IMG/VR virus record: IMGVR_UViG_3300027608_000013 | Strand: one strand, 5' to 3' | DNA: 64,000 nucleotides | Source: a virus | Part shown: in pieces, positions 48,756 through 59,166 of the stretch | Layout: each line of letters opens with the position of its first letter | Position numbering within the stretch: position 1 is the first letter of the stretch | The notes under the pieces: model-generated | Databases searched by the model: none | Seen by the model: the letters and a program-made list of their open reading frames with translations, nothing else | Told to the model about the DNA's origin: nothing | Program-made: the position numbers and the translations under genes

Positions 48756-51212
48756 ATGGCAGAAAGAATAGTTTCTCCCGGTGTATATACGAATGAAATA
48801 GATCAATCGTTTTTACCAGGAGCAATTGCACAAATCGGCGCAGCAATAGTAGGACCAACAGTTAAAGGACCTGCATATACGCCAATTCAAATTACAAGCA
48901 TCGGAGATTATCAAAGTGTATTTGGTGGATTTACTGATGATTCATATGTACCTGTAGCAGTAAATGAGTATTTACAAGCAGGCAACGTAATTACCGTAAC
49001 ACGATTAATGTATGAAGATGGTTATTCATTAACCAACGGTGCATTAGCAATCGTTGCACAATCTGGATCACAAAAATTTGTAACACACGTATTACATCCA
49101 ACAGTCCCAGTAAGTGCAACTACATACGGATTAGCAGATTCAGTATTGAATACAGATGTAAATGGTAAATTTGAATTGAAATTATCTGGATCGTACACAC
49201 CACAAACAATTCCAGGATTTACGGCATTTTCATACACGAAAGGTGCATCTATTTCCGGATCAATTGTTTTGTCTGATTCAAATTACATTACCACGATATT
49301 TGGTAAATCACCGAAAGGACAACAATATCCAGTATATGTTCAATATGAAAATCCATATACCACAACATTGTTTCCGAACTTGGCAAATGTATCAATGTCT
49401 TTAGAACAGATATCAACATATGCATTCGTACAAGATTACCAAGCATCATCAACACCATTTATAACATCACAAAAAATTGGTTCTGTTGCAACCAATTTAT
49501 TTAAACTTTATTCATTATCTCACGGTAATGCAACAAATTATGAATTAAAAGTTGGTATTGCGAATATTAAAACATCAACGGAAGTATCCGATCCGGATGG
49601 TTATGCTCGTTTTGATGTTGTAGTTCGTAGAGTTGATACAACTAATATTACAAATCCAGTAACCGGACAAGTAACTGATTCAGATGTTAATACAACTAAT
49701 TCACAGGTAATTACATTTACCAATTGTTGTTTGAATCCAGATTCTGCAGATTACATTGTTCAAAAAATTGGCGATAGATATCAAACAATAGATGACAACA
49801 ACGTAATTACAATTTATGGTGATTATGCAAATACACAACCATATGTTCGAATAGAAGTAGATCCATCAGTAACAAGCAAATCAATTGATAAAACATTGTT
49901 TCCATTTGGATTCCGTGCATTGAATTCACCAATACCAATGGTTTCTAGTAGTGTTAATATACCTGCAGCAACATACAAAACTAATCAAACCGACGGCGGA
50001 TCATTTAGTCCATTGGTTTTTCATGGATTTGATTTTACTACTGCACCAAATATGAATTATTTGGCACCATTACCAACCACAGGCGTTACTACTGCTAGCA
50101 ATACAGATTTTTATTTAGGAGATGTATTACAATCTGCTAATTACAATTATCCAACAGCAGCAACAGCATATTCAGGTTCATTGACAGCAGCAATTACATC
50201 GGGTTCATTTGCAACTAACATATCACTTAACACAAGAAAGTTCATAGTTCCGATGCAAGGTGGATTTGATGGGGCTCGTCCTAACTTACCTAAGTTTTCC
50301 GGAGCAAATATTACGGCAGCAAATACATTTGGATTTGATTGTAGCGGAAACAGTCAAACTGGTACTAAAGCATATACTAAAGCATTTACATTGTTAAGCA
50401 ATACAGATTATTATGATATGAATGTATTATTAACTCCGGGCGTAATTGATAGTATACATAGTTCAGTAACATCTCAAGCAAGAAATTTATGTAGATCGCG
50501 TCAGGATGTATTTTATGTAATGGATTCAAATGCTAAACTAGATTCATTGCAAGATGTAGTATCACAAGTAAGAACCATTGATAATAATTATACAGCAGCA
50601 TATTGGCCATGGGTATCAATTCAAAATCCAATTGGCAATGGCGGATTGCTTTTTGTACCACCGTCAGTAGTTGTAGGCGGTGCACTTGCAAATAATGATA
50701 GACTTGCAGCACAATGGTATGCACCAGCTGGATTAAATCGAGGTGGAATTAGAGCAGTAGGAACGGCAGTTAATTTGTCACAGACACAACGAGATACATT
50801 GTATGAAGCGCGCGTTAATCCTATCGCATCTTTCCCTAACAACACAATTGTTATTTGGGGGCAAAAGACACTACAAGCTCGTCCAAGTGCATTAGACCGA
50901 GTAAATGTTCGTCGTATGCTTATTGAAGTTAAGAAGTTTATTGCATCAGCAACACGTTTTTTAGTATTCGATCAAAATACAGAAATAACACGCCAGAAAT
51001 TTCTTAATATTGTTAATCCTTATTTGGCAGGCGTAAAACAAAATCAAGGTTTATCAGCATTTAAAGTTGTAATGGATTCTACAAATAACACACCGGATAT
51101 GATTGATAGAAATATATTGTACGGACAATTATTTTTACAACCAACCCGTACGGCTGAATTTATTATTTTAGATTTCAATATTCAAGCAACAGGTGCAGCT
51201 TTCCCTGAATAG
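48756..51212 (+). CDS. Tail sheath protein (T4 gp18-like)
   Basis: SPGVYTNEID; WYAPAGLNRG; RDTLYEARVNPI; WGQKTLQ..SALDRVNVRR; QPTRTAEFI. Confidence 0.95.
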   Translation: MAERIVSPGVYTNEIDQSFLPGAIAQIGAAIVGPTVKGPAYTPIQITSIGDYQSVFGGFTDDSYVPVAVNEYLQAGNVITVTRLMYEDGYSLTNGALAIVAQSGSQKFVTHVLHPTVPVSATTYGLADSVLNTDVNGKFELKLSGSYTPQTIPGFTAFSYTKGASISGSIVLSDSNYITTIFGKSPKGQQYPVYVQYENPYTTTLFPNLANVSMSLEQISTYAFVQDYQASSTPFITSQKIGSVATNLFKLYSLSHGNATNYELKVGIANIKTSTEVSDPDGYARFDVVVRRVDTTNITNPVTGQVTDSDVNTTNSQVITFTNCCLNPDSADYIVQKIGDRYQTIDDNNVITIYGDYANTQPYVRIEVDPSVTSKSIDKTLFPFGFRALNSPIPMVSSSVNIPAATYKTNQTDGGSFSPLVFHGFDFTTAPNMNYLAPLPTTGVTTASNTDFYLGDVLQSANYNYPTAATAYSGSLTAAITSGSFATNISLNTRKFIVPMQGGFDGARPNLPKFSGANITAANTFGFDCSGNSQTGTKAYTKAFTLLSNTDYYDMNVLLTPGVIDSIHSSVTSQARNLCRSRQDVFYVMDSNAKLDSLQDVVSQVRTIDNNYTAAYWPWVSIQNPIGNGGLLFVPPSVVVGGALANNDRLAAQWYAPAGLNRGGIRAVGTAVNLSQTQRDTLYEARVNPIASFPNNTIVIWGQKTLQARPSALDRVNVRRMLIEVKKFIASATRFLVFDQNTEITRQKFLNIVNPYLAGVKQNQGLSAFKVVMDSTNNTPDMIDRNILYGQLFLQPTRTAEFIILDFNIQATGAAFPE

Positions 51213-51226
51213 TTAAAAGTTTAATT

Positions 51227-51254
51227 AAGGCAGTACTTAGGTGCTGCCTTTTTT
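51227..51254 (+). terminator. Intrinsic terminator after sheath gene
   Basis: AAGGCAGTAC-ttag-GTGCTGCCTT followed by TTTT. Confidence 0.85.
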
Positions 51255-51263
51255 ACTGTACAT

Positions 51264-51272
51264 ATATTTATA
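51264..51272 (+). promoter_or_regulatory. Putative late promoter motif (tube)
   Basis: ATATTTATA after a terminator. Confidence 0.6.
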
Positions 51273-51295
51273 ATAAAAATATTGAGGATAAAAAT

Positions 51296-51904
51296 ATGCC
51301 GTACGATGGAACACAATCAAATTTAGAAAGTTTTATAAACAGTGCACCGACCAATGGAAACGGCGCGGGATCGCCAGATGGTACTGGTGATTATCCAAGT
51401 ACATTAACTGACTTTGGAGCTGATGCATCTGGAAATTTTTATGATAAAGCATTTTCATGGGAACCAAAATATCAACACAAGTTTATTTTATCAATAGATG
51501 ATATCCCAGGATTTTTAATTAAAACAGCTGCTAAACCTAGTTTAACAAATGGTGAGGTTGTTTTGGATCATATCAATGTAAAAAGAAAACTTAAGGGTAA
51601 AAGTTCATGGAATAGTATTGCAATTACAATGTATGATGCAATTATGCCATCAGGAGCACAAGCAGTAATGCAATGGGTTCGTTTACATCACGAATCTGCA
51701 ACGGGTAGAGATGGTTATGCATCAATGTATAAAAAAGATATCAAATTACTTTCACTATCTCCATTGGGAGAAATTATTGAAGAATGGCAAATTAAAGGTG
51801 CTTATTTATCAGAAGTAAATTTCGGTAGTTTAGATTGGTCAGCAGAAGATGTAGTAATGATTGATGCAACATTGAATTATGATTGGGCATTGTTAAGCTT
51901 TTAA
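51296..51904 (+). CDS. Tail tube protein (T4 gp19-like)
   Basis: EPKYQHKF...WNSIAITMYD...YKKDI...IEEWQIKGAY..VNFGSLDW; follows the sheath gene. Confidence 0.88.
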   Translation: MPYDGTQSNLESFINSAPTNGNGAGSPDGTGDYPSTLTDFGADASGNFYDKAFSWEPKYQHKFILSIDDIPGFLIKTAAKPSLTNGEVVLDHINVKRKLKGKSSWNSIAITMYDAIMPSGAQAVMQWVRLHHESATGRDGYASMYKKDIKLLSLSPLGEIIEEWQIKGAYLSEVNFGSLDWSAEDVVMIDATLNYDWALLSF

Positions 51905-51915
51905 GATTTTATACG

Positions 51916-51942
51916 TGGGTGGAAGAAATTTCACCCATTTTT
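51916..51942 (+). terminator. Intrinsic terminator after tube gene
   Basis: TGGGTGGAA-gaaa-TTTCACCCA followed by TTTTT. Confidence 0.8.
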
Positions 51943-51953
51943 CTTGTTCTTAC

Positions 51954-51962
51954 ATATTTATA
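51954..51962 (+). promoter_or_regulatory. Putative late promoter motif
   Basis: ATATTTATA after a terminator. Confidence 0.6.
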
Positions 51963-51989
51963 ATAAAGTTATAAAAAGGAAAAAAGTTT

Positions 51990-52757
51990 ATGCCAGTAAC
52001 AGATCGCGGATCCGATAAAAATTTAATTGAATTAGCAAAACAACAATATGAGAACAAACAAAAAAGTACGGTACCCTCTGTATTAGTTCCATTACCAAGT
52101 AAAGGACAAGTATATCCAGAATCAAGTCCATTACGTAAAGGTGTTGTAGAAATGCGGTATATGACTGCATATGATGAAGATATTCTAACTAATTCCACAT
52201 ATATTAAACAAGGCATAGTTCTAGATAAACTAGTATCTGCATTAATATTAGATGCCGTTAATATTGATGATTTAATTGTTGCAGATAAAGAAGCAATGAT
52301 TATTTCAGCTCGTGTACATGGATATGGGGCTGAATATGGAGTTACTGTCATGGATCCTAACACAGGAAAAGCATTGCAGCGCCAAATGGATTTGTCTAAA
52401 TTAGAAGTCAATCCAATTCAATTACAATCAAATAGCAATGGCGAGTTTGATTATACAGACATCGGAATTGCAATTAAATTCAAATACATATCCAGAAAAG
52501 AAATTGATTCAATATCAGATGACCATGCAGTTTCAGATTTTTTACAGGCATCTATTAAAGAAGTTAATGGTTCTAGAGCAGAACATGATATTAATAATTT
52601 TATACGTTATCAGATGACACCCATTGAATCTAAAACATTTAGAAAATTCATTGCAGATAATATGCCTAGTATAAAACTTGAATCGCAATTTATGGGTGAA
52701 GATGGAGGCACCTTTACTGCCGGGTTTCAAATTAAAGCCGACTTTTTTTGGGTTTGA
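51990..52757 (+). CDS. Baseplate hub/tail assembly chaperone (T4 gp26-like)
   Basis: VPLPSKGQVYP...MRYMTAYDEDILT...ISARVHGYG; located between tube and tape measure. Confidence 0.75.
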   Translation: MPVTDRGSDKNLIELAKQQYENKQKSTVPSVLVPLPSKGQVYPESSPLRKGVVEMRYMTAYDEDILTNSTYIKQGIVLDKLVSALILDAVNIDDLIVADKEAMIISARVHGYGAEYGVTVMDPNTGKALQRQMDLSKLEVNPIQLQSNSNGEFDYTDIGIAIKFKYISRKEIDSISDDHAVSDFLQASIKEVNGSRAEHDINNFIRYQMTPIESKTFRKFIADNMPSIKLESQFMGEDGGTFTAGFQIKADFFWV

Positions 52758-52986
52758 TGCAAAAGATAAAATAGCATTACACGAAAATATATTCAATCTA
52801 ATTTGGTTTGGTGAAGGTCGTTGGGACTGGAATACTATATATAATATGCCGGTGCATATTCGAGCTTTATGGACTCGCAAAGTCAATCAAATAATTGCAA
52901 TGCGAAATGCCCCAAAAGAATCGGCTACTACAACACCTAAACATCCTAAACAAGCAAAATTTGCTAGACCCTCAAAATCCACCTAA
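52741..52986 (+). CDS. gp51-like hub assembly protein, probably a frameshifted extension of the preceding gene
   Basis: ENIFNLIWFGEGRWDWNTIYNMPVHIRALW. It overlaps the T7 run at the end of the gp26-like gene in the +1 frame; an alternative in-frame ATG exists at 52702. Confidence 0.55.
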   Translation, partial: TFFGFDAKDKIALHENIFNLIWFGEGRWDWNTIYNMPVHIRALWTRKVNQIIAMRNAPKESATTTPKHPKQAKFARPSKST

Positions 52987-53003
52987 CCTATATATATAAG
53001 TAT

Positions 53004-54959
53004 ATGATATCTACTACCAATATAGCATTAATTCAGCATTTGAAACGGAATCCTAAACAAGGCAAGGAAACTGATCCGGTAAAAAATACAAAATATGTAA
53101 AGCTTGCAGAAAAGACTACAGCAGCACTGAATGCAAAAGCCCAAGAGTTAAAAAAAGATATAGAAAATCTAATAGAACTTGCTGAAAATTATGCACTCGT
53201 TGCAGATGCATTAGATCAAGAAAACTTAAGTTTGGGAATGGGCATCGGTAAACTAGCAAAAGTTTTCGATGACTATGAAACTGCATTAGTTTCAACAATA
53301 AAAGCACAAACATTCCTAGAACAAAGAAATAAAGAATTAAATAAAAGTTTCGGCATATCATCAGCAAAGGCAGCAAAATTAGGTGAATCATATGATGCCA
53401 TGACAACTGCATTAAACACCGGCGGTGAGAATATTCGAAAGTATGCGCAAAATGTTAATGATATGCTTCCGGGTATGGCAAACATAATTGCTGGTAATGA
53501 AAAATTTGCAACTAGACTATTAGGTACTAATCAATTCTTAACAGAACATATAGGATTAACAAAAGAAGTTTCAAATGGATATGAAATGTTTGCTGCGGGA
53601 GCTGGTCAAAATAGTGTAGAACTATTAGCTGCAACAAGCGCTTGGGCAGACGCGTTCGATAAAGGAACAGGATTAACAGGAACATTTGCTGGAATAATAA
53701 GCGAAATAGGCGGGATGTCAGCTGACTTACAAACAACATATAATAAAATGCCTGGTTCATTAGAAAAATCTGTGGTTAAAGCAAAATTATTAGGAACATC
53801 ATTTGCAAAAATAGAAGCCATGGCTACTAAGATGTTGGATATTGAAACTAGTGTCGGCCAAGAATTAGAATATCAATTACTCAGCGGTAAACGTTTAGTT
53901 AATGTTAATGGAGAAAGTATTACTGAAAAACTTCGTATAGCAAAATTGTCAGGAAATGCAGAAGATCAAGTCAAAGCAATGAATGATTTATTAAGTACAC
54001 AAGGCGATGTTTTAGATGGTAATAATTATTATGCAAAAGAACAATTGGCTAACTTAACGGGCTTCACAGTAGCAGAATTAACACGACAACGCCAGACACA
54101 AAAGTTGATGGAACAAGGCGGGATGGATAAAGCTAAAATTGAAGAATTCATGAATATGGATCCAACTAGCTTTACAAAAGCATTAGCAAAAGAAAAAGAT
54201 GCAGGTACAGCTGCATTATTGAAAACACTTAAGGAAAATGAAGGCCAAAAAACTACGGATGAACTTTACGCTGATATGTTGAAGCGAGAAAGAACTGAAG
54301 GTATTAAAGTAATGTTAGGCGGCACAAGACAAACAGATGGAACAATTACAGGCGGTAAAAAACAAACAGATGTAATTGCAACCGCTAAAACAGAAGCAGA
54401 GGGGTCAGAAGGAGTTATAAAAAACTATATTAGACCATTCATGACAGAAACAAATGCTCAAATTTTCGGTCAATTACAATCATTGGGTGCAGGTGCTGCG
54501 GCTGCACAGGCACCTACAAATACTATAGTAGGAATGACACCAGGTGTCATAGGCGCTCCTGCTCAAAAAGTACTTGATGCAATGACCCAAACTAGCAATT
54601 TGCTTTTGGGCAAACCAGGTGTGACTGGAAATACAGGAACAGGTACCACTACCACTACAGAACAACAGGAAGAAGATGCTATACTTGTTAATGATGCAAT
54701 GATCCAATTTCATCCCGCAGATAAATTTGCAACAGTTTCGGATGGTGCAGCATTACTTGCTAGCACGGAACGAGGAAAATTAGATTCAGCAGTAAATACA
54801 TTAACCGGTGGTAATTCTAATACAGCAGTAGTTGATCCAGCACCGATTGCTTCTGCAATAATGGCTGCAATACAAACAGCATTAGGTGGAATAAATTTAG
54901 TAATGGATGGCGAAAAACTAAATAAAGCAATGGAATTTGGTACTCGAACTGTAAATTAA
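53004..54959 (+). CDS. Tape measure protein
   Basis: Helical and Ala/Gly/Leu-rich; LLDIETSV..ELEYQLLSGK-type motif; position after the chaperone genes. Confidence 0.7.
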   Translation: MISTTNIALIQHLKRNPKQGKETDPVKNTKYVKLAEKTTAALNAKAQELKKDIENLIELAENYALVADALDQENLSLGMGIGKLAKVFDDYETALVSTIKAQTFLEQRNKELNKSFGISSAKAAKLGESYDAMTTALNTGGENIRKYAQNVNDMLPGMANIIAGNEKFATRLLGTNQFLTEHIGLTKEVSNGYEMFAAGAGQNSVELLAATSAWADAFDKGTGLTGTFAGIISEIGGMSADLQTTYNKMPGSLEKSVVKAKLLGTSFAKIEAMATKMLDIETSVGQELEYQLLSGKRLVNVNGESITEKLRIAKLSGNAEDQVKAMNDLLSTQGDVLDGNNYYAKEQLANLTGFTVAELTRQRQTQKLMEQGGMDKAKIEEFMNMDPTSFTKALAKEKDAGTAALLKTLKENEGQKTTDELYADMLKRERTEGIKVMLGGTRQTDGTITGGKKQTDVIATAKTEAEGSEGVIKNYIRPFMTETNAQIFGQLQSLGAGAAAAQAPTNTIVGMTPGVIGAPAQKVLDAMTQTSNLLLGKPGVTGNTGTGTTTTTEQQEEDAILVNDAMIQFHPADKFATVSDGAALLASTERGKLDSAVNTLTGGNSNTAVVDPAPIASAIMAAIQTALGGINLVMDGEKLNKAMEFGTRTVN

Positions 54960-54974
54960 ACGGAATAACTAACA

Positions 54975-56534
54975 ATGGCAATAACCCCAAACATAGCATC
55001 TTCATTTAAAATAGTTGATCCATTTGGCCGGGCAGCACGTGAACAACAACATGCAGCTGCTGTAGAAAAATTTAGAACACAACGCAAAGATGATTCCATT
55101 CATTCTAATCGATTTGATTCTGCAGACAATCTAAAAAATGCAGCAATTGGATATGCTGCAAACGTAGTAGGATCTTTCACCGGAATACCACAAGTATCAA
55201 CCGTTGCACAAAACCTATTAAGTTTAGGTTCAAGCAATGTTCCGTTATATTCTACATCACCAATCAATCAACTATATAATATACCAGGTTTAGCATACAA
55301 CGATTTTAGATCTAGAAAATCAAAAATAGGATTAGGAACTTCAGCTGATATACGTTTAGATGGCGCAACTACTGCATTAAGTTTAACTGAATTGAAACGC
55401 AACGGTGGCGTAATTAGTTGGAAAGCTGCAATGTATGCAGGAGCATCAGCCGCACCTGGAGGTGTATATAATCTATTTAATCGAGATGGTGCTGGTACAT
55501 TTGGTTATGGTTGGGGAGATCACGGAAATCCAGCAGCTTTGCGTAGAGATTTCACAATGCGAAGTCACATATCATCCCGATGGTCATTTACTGCAAATGA
55601 ATGGAAAACAACGGTTAATCCATTACAATTAGCAACACCATTCCGCGGAGATAAGGTAAATGTTATTGATTATCGAAGTGATGCAAATTTAAAACATGTA
55701 TATCAGTGGAGAACAGCGGATTCAATATTTGGAATTAAAGGAACTGAAAATTTAGCAAAATCATTAGGGGAGACTCGAGATTTTATTAAATTTTATTTTA
55801 CTGGACCTAAACTTGCTCCGCATACAATTAATGATGCTAAAGTAACAGATGATGTTATTGTATTTCGTGCAACAATTGGACAAATAACCGATTCATTTCA
55901 GCCAACATGGACGCCAGTAACAATGATTGGTCGAGCTGATCCTAATTATCATTATACGTCTTTTTCTCGAGATTTAAGTATGGATTTTGTAATTTATGCA
56001 ACGGATCGAGATGAAATGAAACCAATTTACCGAAAATTAAATGCACTTGCTGGATATACAACGCCTGATTATGGAGGGAATACAATTGGGTTAACAGGTC
56101 CATGGATGCGTATTACGGTTGGCGATTTATTCAATCAAGTGCCAGTTGTTATTTCTAGTTTATCATATACATTTGGTGATAATGAATCTCCATGGGAAAT
56201 TAACATAGAAGATGATCCTGAAAATATGCAAGTACCATTTAAAATTCAAGTATCAATTTCATTCTCAGTTATTACAGATTCATTACCTCAAAAAGGCGGA
56301 CAATTTTATTCATTGGCAAAACGATTTGACAAATACGGTTCTTTAGTTGGAAGTGATAATTGGTTAAGTGATTCTATACAACAACAAACTAATTTTAATT
56401 CGCGGGGTGGCAAGTCAACAGAAGAACTCAAAGCTAAACAATATGAAGAATCAAAAGATACGAAAACAGTAAAAGGTATCACTAAATTATATAAAGATTT
56501 TACAAATCGGTTAGCGGGAAATACGAGAGAATAA
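54975..56534 (+). CDS. Baseplate tube-initiator-like protein (gp48/gp54-like)
   Basis: FRATIGQITDSFQPTW...GRADPNYHYTSFSRDLSMDF...PWMRITVGDLF. Confidence 0.6.
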   Translation: MAITPNIASSFKIVDPFGRAAREQQHAAAVEKFRTQRKDDSIHSNRFDSADNLKNAAIGYAANVVGSFTGIPQVSTVAQNLLSLGSSNVPLYSTSPINQLYNIPGLAYNDFRSRKSKIGLGTSADIRLDGATTALSLTELKRNGGVISWKAAMYAGASAAPGGVYNLFNRDGAGTFGYGWGDHGNPAALRRDFTMRSHISSRWSFTANEWKTTVNPLQLATPFRGDKVNVIDYRSDANLKHVYQWRTADSIFGIKGTENLAKSLGETRDFIKFYFTGPKLAPHTINDAKVTDDVIVFRATIGQITDSFQPTWTPVTMIGRADPNYHYTSFSRDLSMDFVIYATDRDEMKPIYRKLNALAGYTTPDYGGNTIGLTGPWMRITVGDLFNQVPVVISSLSYTFGDNESPWEINIEDDPENMQVPFKIQVSISFSVITDSLPQKGGQFYSLAKRFDKYGSLVGSDNWLSDSIQQQTNFNSRGGKSTEELKAKQYEESKDTKTVKGITKLYKDFTNRLAGNTRE

Positions 56535-56535
56535 T

Positions 56536-56829
56536 ATGGCACGATATCTAAATAAAACAATGAAAACTAGTTCGGATAAAACTAGATTACAAACAACCAT
56601 ACTTCCCAATATTGTTGGAATCAATGATACATACATAGAAACTATTACGCCAGAGCGTTTAGATACATTAGCAAATCAATTTTATAATGATGCATCCCTA
56701 TGGTGGGTAATTGCAGCTGCTAATGGTATAGGAAAAGGAACAATTAGAGTTCCAATTGGAGCAATTTTAAGAATCCCAAATGTTACAGACGTTATGTCAT
56801 TTGTTACACGTAAAAATGCAGTAAGATGA
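56536..56829 (+). CDS. LysM-like baseplate protein (gp53/tail X-like)
   Basis: ERLDTLANQFYNDASLWWVIAAAN...GAILRIP. Confidence 0.8.
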   Translation: MARYLNKTMKTSSDKTRLQTTILPNIVGINDTYIETITPERLDTLANQFYNDASLWWVIAAANGIGKGTIRVPIGAILRIPNVTDVMSFVTRKNAVR

Positions 56830-59165
56830 GCCAAATATTTTATTCAGAACTAGACAAAAATTTACAACTAGAGTTAGATGCTCGAGCACGTGCCGGCAAA
56901 AGCGATCGTAGCGAAACTGCATTGCGATACATGACAGAAAAAGTTGCAAATGTATCAGTAACAGCGTATGAAGGCAATAAACGAGATAAAACTAAAATAG
57001 TTCATGAATTAGGAGGAAAAACCGTTTTATCTGGAGAATATTTACCAGGTGGCGATAATGGATATTTAACAGAAAGAACTTATACATTAGGTGAAAGTAG
57101 ATGGGTTGCTCAATCTAGAGGTGCTAACTTTTCAAACGTTCCCGTTATAGATAGTATTTCCACTACTACAGATACTTATTCATCAATACAAAAAAAATCT
57201 ATTGTCGATTCTGCAGTTTTAACATCTACAGCTGAAACAAAAACAAATACATCATATAGAATACCGCCTTTTATAACACAAGCATCATTGCAAATCAATG
57301 ATAATTCTAAAGGTACAACAAATAAAGCAACTATTAACATAACAATACCAAATCCAGACCGCGACTTAAATTTCATGGAATCGGTATATGCTCGTCCTGG
57401 ACGATATTGTATGGTTCGTATAGAACACCCAGATTCTGCATTAATGACACGAGATGTCGATGGAGTTAATGGACAGTTATTGCCGTCAACATTACCAGCC
57501 CGACATCTTATTAAAGAGCGATATCCAGAAGCTGATTCTGAATATGACGAATTGCGAAAAATGAATAAGATTCAATTTGAAGGCCTAATTACTGCATTTG
57601 AATATTCATATAATCAAGATGGCACTGTAACTATGACAATCTATATACTAGGAACAAGTCAAACATATACTGATTTATCTATGATTATGCAGACTGATGC
57701 AACTGGATCTGCAACTGGCAGTAATTCTGAGACAGTCGATAAAGCATCAACATTTTATACGGAAATATATAATGAGGTGATATCATTATATAATATTCAG
57801 AAAAAAGAAAATGCCGGGGTTCCGGAAGAAAAATTACCAGATCCAGATTATGCATTTGGTATAACTAATGATGATGCTAAAAATCAACCAGCATGGTGGG
57901 CTGTAAATACTACCTTAAGTGGATTACGTTCCGGATATATTAACTTAAATTATCTTATCAATTCAATCAATAAAAAGATTTTAAGTAAATTAAAAAATGT
58001 AGTTAATTTACCTGTAATACATTCTGATACAAACTCCGATTGCTATAGCAATTTTTATTATCCAAATATCGTATCGTCAAATCCGGACAAAATATTGTTA
58101 GTATCATTCGGAAATGATGCATATTGTAGCGATGGATATGGATTTTTATCAAGTACTAATTTAGTTGAACAACCTAAACCTAGGCGGTGGACACCTTCAT
58201 TTAAACAAAACAACGACATTAATCGTAACTTTGCATTTTATAATGATTCAGATCCAAATATCCCCGATGATAGAAAAACTTTCGGTAACACCGGAAATAT
58301 TTTTATTAATTTAGAATTAATCAATGAAATTTCAACTAAATTAACAAATGCAAAAGATGAATTTACTGTGAAAAAATTTTTAGCGGAATTAAGTACTCAA
58401 ATTAATACAGATACCGGCGGTGCAATTTCATTAAAATTAATTACCGATCCTGAAGATTTTACAATAATGTATTATAGAGATATAAATCGGGTGAAAGACG
58501 GCTCAAAACCAAAACCATATTTATTACCAATGTTTGCTAACGATCCGCGCGGGTCAATAGTTAGAGATTTTAAACTTGCTGCAAAACTTCCTAGCAGCGT
58601 ACAAAGTTTAATGTATTCTATTAATAGTACAGACAAAGTTACCGAAAGCCAATTAGGGCCATATATTAGTTTTATGTATAATAATGGTACATCAACCCGC
58701 GTACCCCAAACAGTAACCATAGACGGAAAGCAAGTGGTAGTTGATGAATTAACTACATATGGCGGCGGAAAAGAATTAACGGAAAAATTAGCAAAAGACT
58801 ATGCTGCAACACATGATAAATATTATAATGAATTTATTGCAGCCCGGGCAAAATATGGTTCAGAACCAAATTCAGAAACAAAACGTTTAGCATTACAATC
58901 TGCATTGACAAAATATTTACAATATCCATATCCTAATATACAACAAACAAATCAAGTTGCAGCGCCAACAATTCCAATTGAAGCTGAATTTACAATCGAT
59001 GGGGTCAACGGACTACGATATGGCGATATACTAGATTTTCCAGGATTGCCAGCAAAATACCGTACCAATAGTACATTTACTATTAAAGGCATGACACATA
59101 CCGTTTCAACTACGGGAGAATGGACTACGAGTGTATCATGTTTAATGCGTCCAAAATTTGATTGA
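56826..59165 (+). CDS. Putative baseplate hub protein (gp27-like)
   Basis: C-terminal EFTIDGVNGLRYGD...FTIKGMTHTV..GEWTT; follows the LysM gene. Confidence 0.55.
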   Translation: MSQIFYSELDKNLQLELDARARAGKSDRSETALRYMTEKVANVSVTAYEGNKRDKTKIVHELGGKTVLSGEYLPGGDNGYLTERTYTLGESRWVAQSRGANFSNVPVIDSISTTTDTYSSIQKKSIVDSAVLTSTAETKTNTSYRIPPFITQASLQINDNSKGTTNKATINITIPNPDRDLNFMESVYARPGRYCMVRIEHPDSALMTRDVDGVNGQLLPSTLPARHLIKERYPEADSEYDELRKMNKIQFEGLITAFEYSYNQDGTVTMTIYILGTSQTYTDLSMIMQTDATGSATGSNSETVDKASTFYTEIYNEVISLYNIQKKENAGVPEEKLPDPDYAFGITNDDAKNQPAWWAVNTTLSGLRSGYINLNYLINSINKKILSKLKNVVNLPVIHSDTNSDCYSNFYYPNIVSSNPDKILLVSFGNDAYCSDGYGFLSSTNLVEQPKPRRWTPSFKQNNDINRNFAFYNDSDPNIPDDRKTFGNTGNIFINLELINEISTKLTNAKDEFTVKKFLAELSTQINTDTGGAISLKLITDPEDFTIMYYRDINRVKDGSKPKPYLLPMFANDPRGSIVRDFKLAAKLPSSVQSLMYSINSTDKVTESQLGPYISFMYNNGTSTRVPQTVTIDGKQVVVDELTTYGGGKELTEKLAKDYAATHDKYYNEFIAARAKYGSEPNSETKRLALQSALTKYLQYPYPNIQQTNQVAAPTIPIEAEFTIDGVNGLRYGDILDFPGLPAKYRTNSTFTIKGMTHTVSTTGEWTTSVSCLMRPKFD

Positions 59166-59166
59166 T

